Assembly: GCA_964016885.1 (NCBI GenBank)
Contig: OZ024756.1
Coordinates: 26,784,001-26,848,000, forward strand
Length of the DNA: 64,000 nt
Direction of reading: 5' to 3'
From: Eledone cirrhosa
Taxonomy: Eukaryota
Shown: positions 1 to 13,956 of the stretch, one piece after another
Layout of the letters: every line of letters starts with the position of its first letter
Numbering within the stretch: position 1 is the stretch's first letter
The notes under the pieces: generated by a model
The model's input: the letters and a program-made list of their open reading frames with translations, nothing else
Told to the model about the DNA's origin: nothing
The model's database searches: none
Translations under genes and position numbers: made by a program

Positions 1-192
1 TTGATACTCGATGCTCGCGCAGAGCAGAGTATAATACTATAAGAATAAAGGATTCAGTGTTGCATCATAGCATATTTAATTACATATGTTTCACTATCGA
101 TCAGCTCGAGGAACGACCTATTATTGATCGAACTTGACTCTGTAATCGAAAGATCATCAGGTATGTTTCCTATGAGACTAGATCACATAGGA

Positions 193-286
193 AACATATC
201 TGATGATCTTTCGATTACAGAGTCAGGTTCGATTAATAATAGGTCGTTCCTCGAGCTGATCGATAGTGAAACATATGTAATATGTT
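193..286 (+). ncRNA. Type I hammerhead ribozyme motif (long stem II) in a 295-bp palindrome
   Basis: AACAUAU-CUGAUGA-[61-nt stem II]-GAAAC-AUAU-GUA-AUAUGUU; 7-bp stem I; mirror copy on the - strand at ~75-170. Confidence 0.75.
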
Positions 287-325
287 ATGATGCAACATTG
301 AATCCTTGTTCCTTTATTCTTATAG

Positions 326-368
<43 letters not shown>

Positions 369-827
369 TGGTAGAACACGGAGGTTATATCCGTAATAGT
401 AGAGCACTCAGTTCATGGGACGAGTTCGGTAGAAGTTAGTTCCACAACAGTTAATAAACCATTTTCAAGAGTGAGGAGCTAAGACATGCATGGGAAACCC
501 TTTTCAAGCAGTGGGTTGCATAGGATGTGACTCATCATAAGGCAGGCCTCACTATTAAAAAAATTCAAGGCAATTTTGAAATTAGGCGTGCCATTCAGAA
601 AGCCAAACAGGCCGCAGATTGCCGGTACAAGCAGATCTAGGACATACACATACTACAAACACACCTTTTCACATCCACACCAGCCACCATGGATGTTATT
701 GGTACATATATAGTCTGAAATTTCTTTTCTTTTCGTTTTTTTTTTTTTGCATATAGTATTTAAACCAGTCGTATCCAGCCGTAATTCTCTCACCTCTTTC
801 TGTTCAAACCAGCCATAACTGACTGCT

Positions 828-1425
828 TATAATACTAAAAGTCTGTGATTGCTTGCTTGCTTGTCTGTAATGCGAAGAAACTTTGAAAGGAAGTTGATCC
901 TGAAATGGGGATACAAATGGAATAAAAACAAGTTTCGCGTAAATCGGATCATGGGTTCCCGAGATATGGGTTTTTTTCTGGGTACCTTCATAAACAGAGA
1001 GAGAGAAAGAGATAGTGGTTGTGAGAGAGAAAGAGATAGTGGTTGTGAGAGAGTAGATTGAAAGAGAGACATAGTGAGAGGGAAAGGAGAATGGAAGAGA
1101 GAGAGAGATGGTGTTGTTGTTGAGTATATATATATATATACATGTGTGTGTGTGCGTCTATGGCCAGTGTATATAGATCACAGACACCCACATATATATA
1201 TATACATGCACGCGCACACACACATATATGTATACAAACATGCACATTTATATATATACATACACACACACATATATATATATATATGGGCCTTCCAGTT
1301 TCATTTCACATATATACATACATGTCTGTGTATATTTTAATTATTTAAAAATTATTTTTAAGTGAACATGATTTAAAAAAAATATTTTGAAATGAACGTG
1401 ACCAAACGGGTCACGGGTGGTCTAG
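828..1425 (+). mobile_element. Non-autonomous Helitron-like element
   Basis: 3' hairpin CGTGACC-aaacg-GGTCACG followed by CTAG|T; homologous to 17740-19344. Confidence 0.7.
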
Positions 1426-1429
1426 TTTA

Positions 1430-2137
1430 CTATTAGATTTTCATGATAAAGGCTTTATTTCACATAATATTGAATCTATGAGATTTTGAAAGTATTTATT
1501 TTGAGAACAATACCTTAACATGAGTGGTTAAAGCCAGATTGAACAGAAAAAGGTGAGAGAATTCTGGCTGGATATGGCCGGTTTCAGCCAGTTTGAACAG
1601 AAAAAGGTGAGAGAATTCTGGCTGGATACGGCCGGTTACAGCCAGTTTGAACAGAAAAAGGTGAGAGAATTCTGGCTGGATATGGCCGGTTTCAGCCAGT
1701 TTGAACAGAAAAAGGTGAGAGAATTCTGGCTGGATATGGCCGGTTACAGCCAGTTTGAACAGAAAAAGGTGAGAGAATTCAGGCTGGATACAGCCGGTTA
1801 CAGCCAGTTTGAACAGAAAAAGGTGAGAGAATTCTGGCTGGATACGGCCGGTTACAGCCAGTTTGAACAGAAAAAGGTGAGAGAATTCTGGCTGGATACG
1901 GCCGGTTGCAGCCAGTTTGAACAGAAAAAGGTGAGAGAATTCAGGCTGGATACGGCCGGTTACAGCCAGTTTGAACAGAAAAAGGTGAGAGAATTCTGGC
2001 TGGATACGGCCGGTTACAGCCAGTTTGAACAGAAAAAGGTGAGAGAATTCTGGCTGGATACAGCCGGTTACAGCCAGCTTGAACAGAAAAAGGTGAGAGA
2101 ATTCTGGCTGGATATGGCCAATTTAAATGCTAAAGGG
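1430..2137 (+). mobile_element. piggyBac-like MITE, 5'-truncated, with internal 54-bp tandem expansion
   Basis: Ends TAAATGCTAAAGGG|TTAA; body matches 28615-28834. Confidence 0.8.
1537..2120 (+). repeat. 54-bp tandem repeat, ~11 copies
   Basis: Unit GAACAGAAAAAGGTGAGAGAATTCTGGCTGGATACGGCCGGTTACAGCCAGTTT. Confidence 0.95.
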
Positions 2138-5100
2138 TTAATGTTGTTATGAAGGAATTGAGTTTTTATGGCATTATAGCCTGGTGAAAGAATGAAACAA
2201 TGAAATATAAGGGGATTGGTGGGTAGCTGATATACTGCGATAGGGGTTTATCAGAAACTGCTGTGGGATGGGATTTACTTTGGTGCCTCTTGGCTAGATA
2301 AGATAAAGAATTCTGTTAAAATATTCTATGTTAGTCTACAATGTTCACCTAGGAGCAGTATGGTGGTAGTGGTGGTGGGGAAGGCAGTCCAAATATGTAT
2401 CAATTATTGGTACTAGCTGATCAGTTAATGATAGAGACAAACGTCTTATCTATCTATCTCTTACGCCCCTGTGGCAAATAAAGAAAGATATCTATCTATC
2501 TATTTAATCTATCACATTCTGTGTCACGCAGAATCTCCCTGAGAACTACGTTAAGGGTACGCATATTTGTGGAATGCTCAGCCACTTGCATGTTAATTTC
2601 ACGAGTAGACTGTTCCGTTGATCGGATGAACTGGAAGACTCGTCGTCGCAATCGACGGAGTGCCTTCCATGTATGTATGTAAGTGTATATGTGTTTGTTT
2701 TTATCGGCCACCTCTCCTGCTCCTTTTAACGATTTTAGTTCCTCGTTTGTGCTTCTATTGCAATGTTGATGGTTTTTGTTGCTCCTCTGGTAAATAGATA
2801 AAACTGCCACCAGCATCATCGTTATTCTAATAATTTTTCTAATTGTTCAATTTATTAATTTTTCATGATTAAAAAAAAATATATATAATTACATGTTTAT
2901 TAAAGAAGGTATAATTTACATTTTAAATTGGCGTTATAAATGGCAAAAACTAAGAAAAATTTATTTAACAGCATAACAGGAAGAAAACTAAAATATTCCG
3001 GACATTACAATAAATTGGTCCAACATACAGAAAAAAAGCAGCATTTGCTTTTGTTGAAAATTTATTATTATTATTTATTTTCTGTTTTGCAGTCAATCGT
3101 CCATGGCTTCTCTTTGATTATCCCCGGGGGACCCCATCCACGTAAAAATGATGAATCTGTTGTGAAATGGCTTAATTAATAGTCTTCATAATAAAACCGA
3201 TTCCTCCCAACAGCAGCCAAATAAGTGCCCAAGCAGGAACGAGCACCAATAGAGTACACTTCTACTGCCACCACCACTACTGACTATCTACAACCGCGAC
3301 CACCACAACGATTACGACCAGCGCCTCAATCGAAACCATAACGCATATCGCATATATAAGTGTACACATGCGAATTCCGTCCTCAATGCCTTCGTCGTAG
3401 GTGAGTAATTTTCAGCTTTATCACTCTCTTATAAAAAACATTTTCCTATATCTTTCTTCAACCCTCTCTCTCTCATTCATACGTACACACATTTCACCCT
3501 TTTTTTCTTTCTCTCACCCACACTCTCTGTTTCTGTTTTTATCGCCCTCTCTCTCACACATACACGCACACACACATTATCTCACTTATAATTCTGACCA
3601 TTCTCATTCATAATTTTATATTCCATTTCTCGCCTGCAACTCTTCTCAATCGCTTCCTCTTCTTTTCATTCTATCTTTACTTACATACACAGTACATAAA
3701 TACATACATAGACACACACACGCACACATACATACATACATGTGTGCGGTGACTTCTCTTCTTCCTGTCTTTGTCGCAATCGTCACATCTCTTTTTTTTA
3801 ACTCCTTTACTTTCTGTTTTATTCTCCTCTCATATATCTGTATAAGTTTCTATTTACTTCCGCCCCGCCCCGCTCACTCTCTGTCTTTCTGTTAGTCTAA
3901 CTATCTCTCTTTCGTTCTCTCTCTCTATCTTTCTTTCTCTCACGCTCCATCTCTTGTTTTATCAATCTGTTGTTCTCTTTCCTTCCGCCCCCTCGCCACT
4001 CTCTGTCTTTCTATTAGTCAAACTATCTCTCTCTCTCTCTCTCTATCAGTCTATCCATCCGTTCGACTGTCTGTCGCTCACTCCCTCTTTCGTCATCTTT
4101 ATTTCTCTGTCTGTCCTCTAACTCGAAACGCCTGTCAGTTTCTTTTTTCCTTGCCTCGTCTTTGTTTCAGAAATTCATTTCTTTCTCTTTCTCTTTCACC
4201 TGTTTTATTATTATTACTATTTCATCTCGCACCTTCCCCCCACTTCACTTGTCTCTTGTAATCAATTTTCTCCTTTTCATCGATCTCAATTTTTTTCCTT
4301 TTCACTCTCTCTTTTTTTTTTTGTTACTTCTCCACCATCTCTCTCACTCTCTCTTTTTTTCCCCTCTCCATCAACTCTCTCTATCTCTAACCCTTCTCTC
4401 TCTCTCTTTCTATCTGTCCAATTTAATTGGTTACCGCAAACCTGGTAACTAACAATACCATACCATCGAAAATAACCATCGAAACACATACCCACAACAA
4501 CCACAGATAAAAAAAGAAAGAAAGAAAGACCAAACAAAGCAAAGGAAATACAATAGACAACAACAATAATAACAACAGCAACAACAACAAAAAGAAAATC
4601 CCAAAATAACAGTCAAACGAAAGCAAAGCGAAAAGCAAGCTCAGCGAAACAAGACCAAGGTCCGAACTCATTTCACCTAAATATAACTTCAGGTAAATTG
4701 TTTGTGTGCTTATTTATTCGTTCATTCATAATGTGTGTGTTTATGTTTATGTATGTGTGTATATGTGTATCTACGAGTTTATGTATGTGTGTATATGTGT
4801 ATCTATGAGTTTATGTATGTGTGTATATGTGTATTTATGAGTTTATGTATGTGTGCATGTCTATATGTAGTGTATATTGTATGTAGGTGTGTACCTGTTT
4901 GTGTTTTTGTTGATCATTTACAAACCTCAACGGAAAGGGCCGAACAGGCAAACAAGAAACTTAAGAAAGCGTTATTGTGCAAGGAATGTAACCCCAATGT
5001 ATCTCTTTAAACTCCGTCTGGGACGTCGAAACTAGGCTAATAATAATGATAATGTTTCTACCTTTGGCACAAGGCCAGCATTTACCCCAGTGCATTACTG

Positions 5101-5997
5101 GTACTTTATTTTATCGACCCTGTAAGGATGAAAGGCAAAGTTAACTTAATAATTATGATAATAATGATTTCTACTATAGGCACAAAGCCAGCAATTTGAG
5201 GAGGGGTCGACTAAATCGATCAGTGCATTACTGGTACTTTATTTTATCGACCCCGTAAGGATGAAAGGCAAAGCTAACCTCTCATCCTTACGGGGTCGAT
5301 AAAATAAAGTACCAGTAATGCACTGGGGTCGATTTAATCGACTTTCCCCTCCTCTAATATTAATGTTTCTACTTTTGGCACAAGGCCAGCAATTACTCCA
5401 GTGCATTACATGTGCTTTATTTTATCGACCCCGTAAGGATGAAAGGCAAAATTAATCTCGGCGGATTTGAACTCATAACGTAAAGGGCCAGAACTCTGTG
5501 CTACAAAGCATGGTTTACAAAAAAAAAATCTATTAAGGACAGCACAAGTCGGTGCAATGCGGGTTTCTGCGTGTAAAAACAAATATAAAACAAAAGCAAA
5601 AGATGTAAGAAAAAAATATACAAAAGAAAATTCCCCAGTAGGGGTTGAGGAAGACTTCCGATGGTCACTTGTGGAGAGAGCCAACAAAAAACCAGTCACC
5701 TGACCGCCAGGGCAAGTGCTCTCTCTCTCTCTCTCTCAGGTTTCTAATTTAGGTGGGACGGGTGTCGATTAAATTGACGCCTGTACTTGTGAGGTATTTT
5801 ATTTTATCGAACACGGAAGGACAAAATGCAGAGATTACCTGGGCGAGATTTGAACACGGGACGACAGGACGAGGAATAAATTTCTGTAAAAGATTTTGTC
5901 CGAAGCTTTAACGAACGATTCTGCCAAATTCACCACCCTCATATAACTGTACTGTGTATGTGTGTATATGTATATGTGTGTGCATGTATGTGTGTAC

Positions 5998-6035
<38 letters not shown>

Positions 6036-9000
6036 TATAAATTAAAGTATAGAAATTGTTATATATATATATATGTGTGTAAGTACATGTGTATGTATGT
6101 ATATGTGTATATATGTGTAACATTGGCACAAGGCCAGGCACGAGCCAATAGAGGGTTGCCTACAATGGTCGGCTGAAAAGTTTATAGGCTGATCAAGATC
6201 CTCTCATGGAATGAGAATAGTTTATTTTTCAACATAGTCCCTGGAAAGAAACAATGCACTTATTTTTAAGAAGAATTCAAATTAATGCATGCAAGATTTC
6301 ACAGCTCTAGCATCACTCCTTCATAGACCCTCGTATTGTTTGCGACGTAGCTAAACACTGCAATGTACTCTATTTTGCTTTCCGCTCTCTTAATTCAAAC
6401 AACCATAAACCGTCCCATAATATTAGAATAAGTTCACGTATTTTTCGGAGAGAATCGTTGCTTAAATCAACGATTTTTTTAAGTTTAGCACACCACTTTC
6501 ACCATCGTTAATCAGTGGCTACTATCATTTTCTTTGGCGGCCTGCGAAAAACTGCGATAAAATATTGTTTATATATATATATGGGGGCGGCTATTTACGT
6601 ATATATATATGTGTGTGTGTGTGTACATACATGTGTGTACATATACACACAGGAATTTTTTCAATTTGGAATACAAGGTGCTAAAATAAGAACAAAAATG
6701 TGTGTACATACACCTATGTGTGTGTGTGTGTGTAGATCCCGAGTACGAATGAAACAGTTCTAGTCCTGTAGAAGTCATTTATATATATATATATATAGAG
6801 AGAGAGAGAAAGAGACTTCATCTACCTACGATATTGTTGTTTAGCCTGCTAAGTTTGCCATTTTTTAGCAAACCTGTGTCAAAGCCATGCCAACCGTGAC
6901 CATCCCACCAATTTAAAGGGGATGTTTCCACAACCGACATATTTTAACGTGTCTTTCTACTTCCCCCTTTTTAAAAGACGGTTGGATGTTATTTGAAAGA
7001 TTTGGTTGCTATTTCTAGCCACTTGAATAATCGCGTAGAGCCTCATATTATCATATATATATATATATATTTGGTGCTGAATTGTATGAAACATTAGCTA
7101 TAAATAATTAAACCATATCCACAATCTGTAATATATATAGTAGCTCTTATTTACTACAGTTCTTCGTTGACCGTCAAACTAAACAATACTAGCTGCTACA
7201 GAAGGACAAAAACGAATTGATTATAGGCGGCGAATTGGCAGAGTCGCGCTTAGAATGCCTTGTGGCATTTGTTCCGGCTCTCTGCTTTCTGAGTTCAAAT
7301 CCCATCCAGGTTAACTTTGCCTTTCATCCTTTCGAGGTCGATAAAAAAAAGTACCTGTCTCGTACTGGGGGTTTCTATTCTTCCTTTAAAATCTCTTTCT
7401 CATTTCCTCTCTCTCACTTTCTATCTTTCTCTGGAAGAAATCTGCTGTACTCAGGCCTGGAGAGGCCCAAGAAACACCGTATGTCAATACAGCGTCCCTA
7501 CGACTCTATCAGGAGTTACGGGACGATACCAAAAACCGCCTGCAACCGGCTCTAGTTCTATAGTGCAAAACTGATTTAAAGTGTTTTATTCATAATTTTA
7601 TGTAAGAATCTCTGTTGTTATGTTCCAAACACCGGTTTGATAATGAGTTTTGCAATATTGGCACAAGGCCAACAATTTGTGGGGAGAGAAGTGGGGAAAG
7701 TCGATTATATTGACTCCAGTGTATTACTGGTATTTTATTTCATCGACCCGCACACCCCGCGAAAGTTGACCTTGAGGGGGGGGGGGTACGATTTGAACTC
7801 AGAAGAACGTAAAGCATTATGTCCGACGCTCTACCGAATCTGCCAATCACCATAAACACAAGCTTCATAATGGCTTCTGATTTAGGCACAAGGCCAACAA
7901 TTTGGGGGGAAAGGGAAAGTCGATTTTAATCGACCCCAGTAAGGATGAAAGACAAAGCTAGCCTCGACGGAATTTGAACTCTGAACGTAAAGGGCCTTAA
8001 CTATATGCCGTAAAGCATGTTGTCCGACACTTACCGATTCTGTCAATCCACCAACCTAAACACCAGCTTAATAATGTCAAAGTTAAATTTATTATTACAT
8101 TTCTCCAAATTCCTGATTATTTAAAAAAAAAATTATTTAGAATTCATAGGCAGTGTCTTTCATTAGAAATATGATAACAAAAAAAAAGGTGGGGATTAGC
8201 TTAATTCTACTAAACTAGTACTTTACTTTATCAAACCCTGACTTGAAGGGATTTAAACTCGAAACGTAACTAAATCATGTTTGACCAATTTCGTATTTTT
8301 ACATTCCTGGGACCAAATTATAACATTGTATAGCACTTCTCTCTCTCTCTCTCTCTCCTCTCATTCACACATACTATATTCTCCCCCCCTCTCTCTAAAT
8401 ATATATATATAACTTTACTCTTTCCCTCTCTACAGTTCATATATATATATATATATATATATATGGCTCTGTTTAATTACATTGAGCTATACCCTTTACT
8501 GTCATTTCTATAATACGAAGAGGCTGTTTAACTCCAACACGCTCCAGTATTTTAATCCTTATATATATATGTATGTACTTTAACTTAAAATTATCTCGGT
8601 TTACATTCTGTTGAACACTACCGTTCATTCCCCAGTTTCTGGTGATGGGAATGGGTGGTGGATGGAGAAGCTAATCGATAAAATAATGGTTTGTAAGATT
8701 GGCAAAGTGCCACTACAAATTTCAAATGCAACGAAAGGGAATATTTTCAGATAAATTCAACTCCAGATCGTTCTCAACTTAACGATGTAGTTAACTGTTT
8801 GTAAAAAACATTTATCTAATCAGCTACTCTGGGGAGATTTTGTAAGTCTGTTGTTGTTGCTGGTAGTGGTGGTGTTGGCGTTGGGGGGTTCTAGGCTGAT
8901 CATCATCATCATCATAGTCGCTTAACTCTTTTGTATGTATGTATGCCAGGTCGCTCTTGAGTGCTATTTATGTCAGGTCGCTCTCAAGTGCTACTAGTAA

Positions 9001-10077
9001 CATGTAACTTAGTACAACCTGTCTCATGGTCGGATCATCGGCGACTAAACCGGCAACCCCACCAAGCTTGTTTGGTGAGGAGGGTGATATTTGGACACAC
9101 TGCTGGATGAAATACAAGACCCGGCAAAGGGCAGAGGAACTCAGCAGAGTCAACAGCCATCAAATAGTACTTTTTTTCACCTGGCAATGGACGGCCCCCA
9201 GTTGTCGCAACACCTTTCTGGGAGAGGGAAACTCTGAATAAAAAATAAAAAAAACCTGCGGCTTCGGAAGCAGCTGATGATGTTGATCTGTTCTCCTTTT
9301 CGGGTAGTGTTTTCGATGCTCAAAGAGTGGGATTGGTCGAGTGCAAGGCCTTTCTCCACTTAAAAAACCTTCAAAGCACAGGCATTGTTTGTTCAGGATA
9401 TGTTACAGGTTCGTGTGGCTGACAGTAGCCTAAAAGTGTATCAAATTCTATAATCTGACAAGCGATTGCAGTACTCTTAGCAGAGTTTGCAGCCATCATT
9501 TACGTATGTTTCATCATCATTGTTTAAAGTCTATTTTCCATGCTTACATGAGTCAGGCGAGCTCAGATGACCAAATCTCTTACATAAATTCCTTGTTTTT
9601 TACCTTGGAGTCTATGGCCAGATGCTCTTCTAATGCCAACTATTTTAGAAGGTGGACTGGGTGCTTTTTGTTGTAGCACCTAGACAACACAACGTTGGGA
9701 CACTGTAGTGTTGAACGCTGCAACAACTGCCTCCATCTCTGGCGGTCATGGGCGAATGCTTGGATTGTAGCAAAGCTCCCCCCCCCCCCCCCCGTCAACT
9801 CAGCTATGTTGTCTATCCACCACTTCCTCTGTCAGCCCCCTATTCTCTTTCCCCCTCACACTATTCGTTTTTTAAGAATTTCATAGTTAAATTACAATAT
9901 ATTTCGTTTTTGTATTTGTTTTGTAAGATACTTTATGTGAAATCGTGTGTTCCAATCACAGATATTGTTATAAAAAAGTTATTTCTATATTGTTATATTT
10001 TGGGTTGGTCATGCTGCCAATAAAAACACATGTACACCAGTTCAGTTTCACTTCGGTTTATGATTAGTTGAGTAAGT

Positions 10078-10300
10078 AGGGCGGTGGATTGGCAGAATCG
10101 GTAGAGCATCGGACACCATACTATGTTACATAGAGTTACGGCCCTTTATGTTCTGAGTTCAAATTCTTCCGAGGTTAGCTTTGCCTTTCATCCTTACGGA
10201 GTTTGATAAAATGAAGTACCAGTAATGCACTGGTTTCGATATAATCGACTTTTTTCCTCCCCAAAAATTGTTGGTCTTGTGCCTAAATCCGAAACCATTA
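10078..10300 (+). mobile_element. tRNA-derived SINE, family A (representative copy)
   Basis: GGCGGTGGATTGGCAGAATCGGTAGAG...GAGTTCAAAT (A/B-box-like), then CTTTGCCTTTCATCC...GATAAAAT-AAGTACCAG. Copies at ~5055-5500, 5740-5935, 7224-8050, 12460-12600, 19499-19690, 30810-30980, 34305-34710, 35345-35590, 36495-36675, 50165-51470, 52060-52410, 54960-55142 and 57103-57170. Confidence 0.85.
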
Positions 10301-11112
10301 TTAGTTGAGTCAGTAATTCATTCATCAGTTAGTTTAATAACCGGTTGGTTGTTTAATTGCCAATTGTCAAAGTTCTTTTGTCACATCATGCGACCTTCTC
10401 AACGACTATTCTGACTTCTCTGTGTATCCTGTTTATTCTGTTCTTGTTCTATATATTCCATCTTGTCTTTATGAGGTGTGTATGTTTGTTTGTATGTATA
10501 CTGTTAGTTCTCCGGCTTCTCTGCTTGGCATGTATGTATGTGTGTCTCTATGTCTTGTTTCTCCTCCAAGGTTTTGGATGTATGTGTGTGTCTTGCCTCT
10601 CTTTCGCCTATCACTAGATATTGTTATTCTATTTTTTTGTATTGTATTCTATGTATGTGTGATGGTTATATATCCTTTTAGATTTGTTCTTGTGCGTCTT
10701 TACATTGTCTTCAGTCGCTATGTTGTGGGGTTGTTGTTATTCCATTTGTGCTTTCCATTGAGTTTAGGCTTACATTCAGTTATATGTGTCACTTCTGTGT
10801 GTGTGTGAATTTGTGTGATTAATACAGCATTGTTTATAAAGAAGAACATATCCACACTCACACAGACACACACATTTATATATTATCATCATCATCATCA
10901 TCATCCCTATTGAATATATATATATATATATAGCAAGGAAAAGAGATGATAAATTATTATGATGATGAATGTATGTATGCACACATATATATATATATAT
11001 GTGTTCATGTGTGTGCATATGTGTATATATATATGTTTGTGTGCACATATATATATATATATATACACATTTATATATCATCATCGTAATGATTTATCGG
11101 CTGTTTCTCTGC

Positions 11113-11144
<32 letters not shown>

Positions 11145-11505
11145 CGTGTATTTCTTTCCACCTTGCCTCTTTCTCTTTAACTTTCTCCTATGTCTTTTTT
11201 TCCAATCTAAATATTTGTCGATACGACTTCATTGTCTGTATATTTGAATTAAGGCTGGTGGGAGGGAGGTTTGGGGGTGGGCACCTATTGATTTTAGTAG
11301 AAAAGGCAGGGTGGATGTTTTCACCTATGTATTTATTGCATGCATACATATTTCTATAATTCATATAACCAACCTATGTATTATTTTTTCTCACATTTTC
11401 ATCTCTCTGTCCCTCTTTTTCCATTTGCACGCACATGCACTCACATGCACATATATCGCAGGAAAAGCAGATGTCAAACAATGATAATGATAACAATGAT
11501 GATAT

Positions 11506-11581
<76 letters not shown>

Positions 11582-12270
11582 GTAAAAAAAACAGCAACAC
11601 AGGAGTAGAAGTTACAAAAGGTATTAGGTTCACGCTTAGTGAGAGTGGGGGGGGTATAAAATATATATATATATATATATATATCATTATCACAGTTTAA
11701 TGTCCATTTTTCCGTGCTAGCATGGGTTAGGGTTACACGGGTTTCCCGTTTGAGGCAAGTTGGGTCACGTGACCATGTCTTGCTCACATAGAACTGTCTT
11801 TGGCTTGGTTTCGACTCCTAGATGCCCTTCCGATCACTAACCACATCCACAGTGTGTGCTGGGTTGGGTGCTTTTTGCCATGTGGCTATCACGGCCACTT
11901 TACAGTGTGGGCTGAAGGCTTCACTAGATATATATTACAGCCTATCCTCATGGGAGGTATATGGGAGTTTGGGGTGGTGCATACTGTGTATATGCTTCAG
12001 CTTCAGCCTGTGCCCACGGGAAGGCGGATCTTCTGTATTACTGCATAGCACCAGAGATCTCAGTCCTGTGTCATCGTCTTTGAGAAGAGGTGTAAGGTCA
12101 GCTTTCATCGCACCATCCCAAGTCTTCATGGGTCTCCCGACTCCAAGGTTTCCATCGACTTTGAACGCTCTGCACTGTTTTATGAACTTAATTTGTTCTT
12201 GTAGACCGTTAGTCATTGGAAATGTTTGTAAACCGAAACTATTTTTCCCATACAAAACATTGAGAGAGAA

Positions 12271-12355
<85 letters not shown>

Positions 12356-12615
12356 GTGTGCAAGATAGATAAATATCACCATAGTAACTAACTATACACC
12401 AAGTGATGCTTTCCTACCGATACTCCAAGATTGTTTGCCAACCGTTGTTAGTAATACATGCAGCGAGTCATTAGAGCGTTGGATAGAATACTTTGTGGTA
12501 TGTGTTCTGGCTCACTGCTTCCTGAGTTCAAATCCCAGCCGTGGTCAACTTTGCTTTTCATCCTTTCAAATTCTGTAAAAAAAATACCAGTCAAACACTA
12601 CGGTCAATTCTCTCA

Positions 12616-12626
<11 letters not shown>

Positions 12627-12646
<20 letters not shown>

Positions 12647-13615
12647 GAAACCTCTCTCTATATATATATAGAAACCTCTCTCTCTATATATATAGAAACC
12701 TCTCTCTCTATATATATATAGAAACCTCTATATATATATATAGAGAGAGAGAGGTTTCTATATATATATATAGAGAGAGGTTTCTATATATATATAGAGA
12801 GAGAGAGGTTTCTATATATATATATAGAGAGAGGTTTCTATATATATATATAGAGAGAGGTTTCTATATATATATAGAAACCTCTATATATATATATAGA
12901 AACCTCTCTCTCTCTCTATATATATAGAAACCTCTCTATATATATATATATATAGAAACCTCTATATATATATATATATAGAAACCTCTCTCTATATATA
13001 TATATATAGAAACCTCTATATATATATATATATATATATATAGAAACCTCTCTCTATATATATATATATATATATAGAAACCTCTATATATATATATATA
13101 GAAACCTCTCTCTCTCTATATATATATAGAAACCTCTCTATATATATATAGAAACCTCTCTCTCTATATATATAGAAACCTCTATATATATATATATATA
13201 TATAAACCTCTATATATATATATATATATATATAGAAACCTCTCTCTCTATATATATATAGAAACCTCTATATATATATATATATATAGAAACCTCTCTC
13301 TATATATATATATATATATATAGAAACCTCTATATATATATATATAGAAACCTCTCTCTCTCTATATATATATAGAAACCTCTATATATATATATAGAAA
13401 CCTCTATATATATATATATATATAGAAACCTCTCTATATATATATAGAAACCTCTCTCTATATATATATATAGAAACCTCTATATATATATATATAGAAA
13501 CCTCTCTCTCTCTCTATATATATATATAGAAACCTCTCTCTATATATATATATATATATAGAAACCTCTCTATATATATATATAAACCTCTCTCTCTCTA
13601 TATATATAGAAACCG
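12627..13615. repeat. Compound (TA)n-GAAACC-(TC)n satellite with an internal inverted block
   Basis: Roughly 40 units; 12739-12870 reads GAGAGGTTTC, the opposite orientation. Confidence 0.92.
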
Positions 13616-13811
13616 CCGGTAATAGCATTATGAACAGGTAGATATTTAAATCATTTTTTAATTTATTTAAAGGATTATTTAATGTTTGTTTGTTCTGCTC
13701 ATCAATTTTTATAGTTCTGGTATCTCGAATTGGCACCATAGAACAACAATTATATTATAGACACCCTATATATCTCTATGGGTACTTAGTACTCAGTGAG
13801 ATATTTACCTC

Positions 13812-13854
<43 letters not shown>

Positions 13855-13956
13855 AATGAAGTAATTCCGTGGGAAAAGTCCAGGAAAAAAGAGTGCTCTA
13901 TGTAGGTAACAGATTTTTGTTTTTAAAATCCAAATTCAATAAACAGACCAGGATTT

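Noticed and set aside
1553-2152. 199-aa repeat protein gene
   Set aside because: GTG start, lies inside a MITE and is a by-product of a 54-bp tandem repeat.
9273-9330. CUGAUGA as a hammerhead core
   Set aside because: No downstream GAAA/stem III/NUH and no matching stem I.
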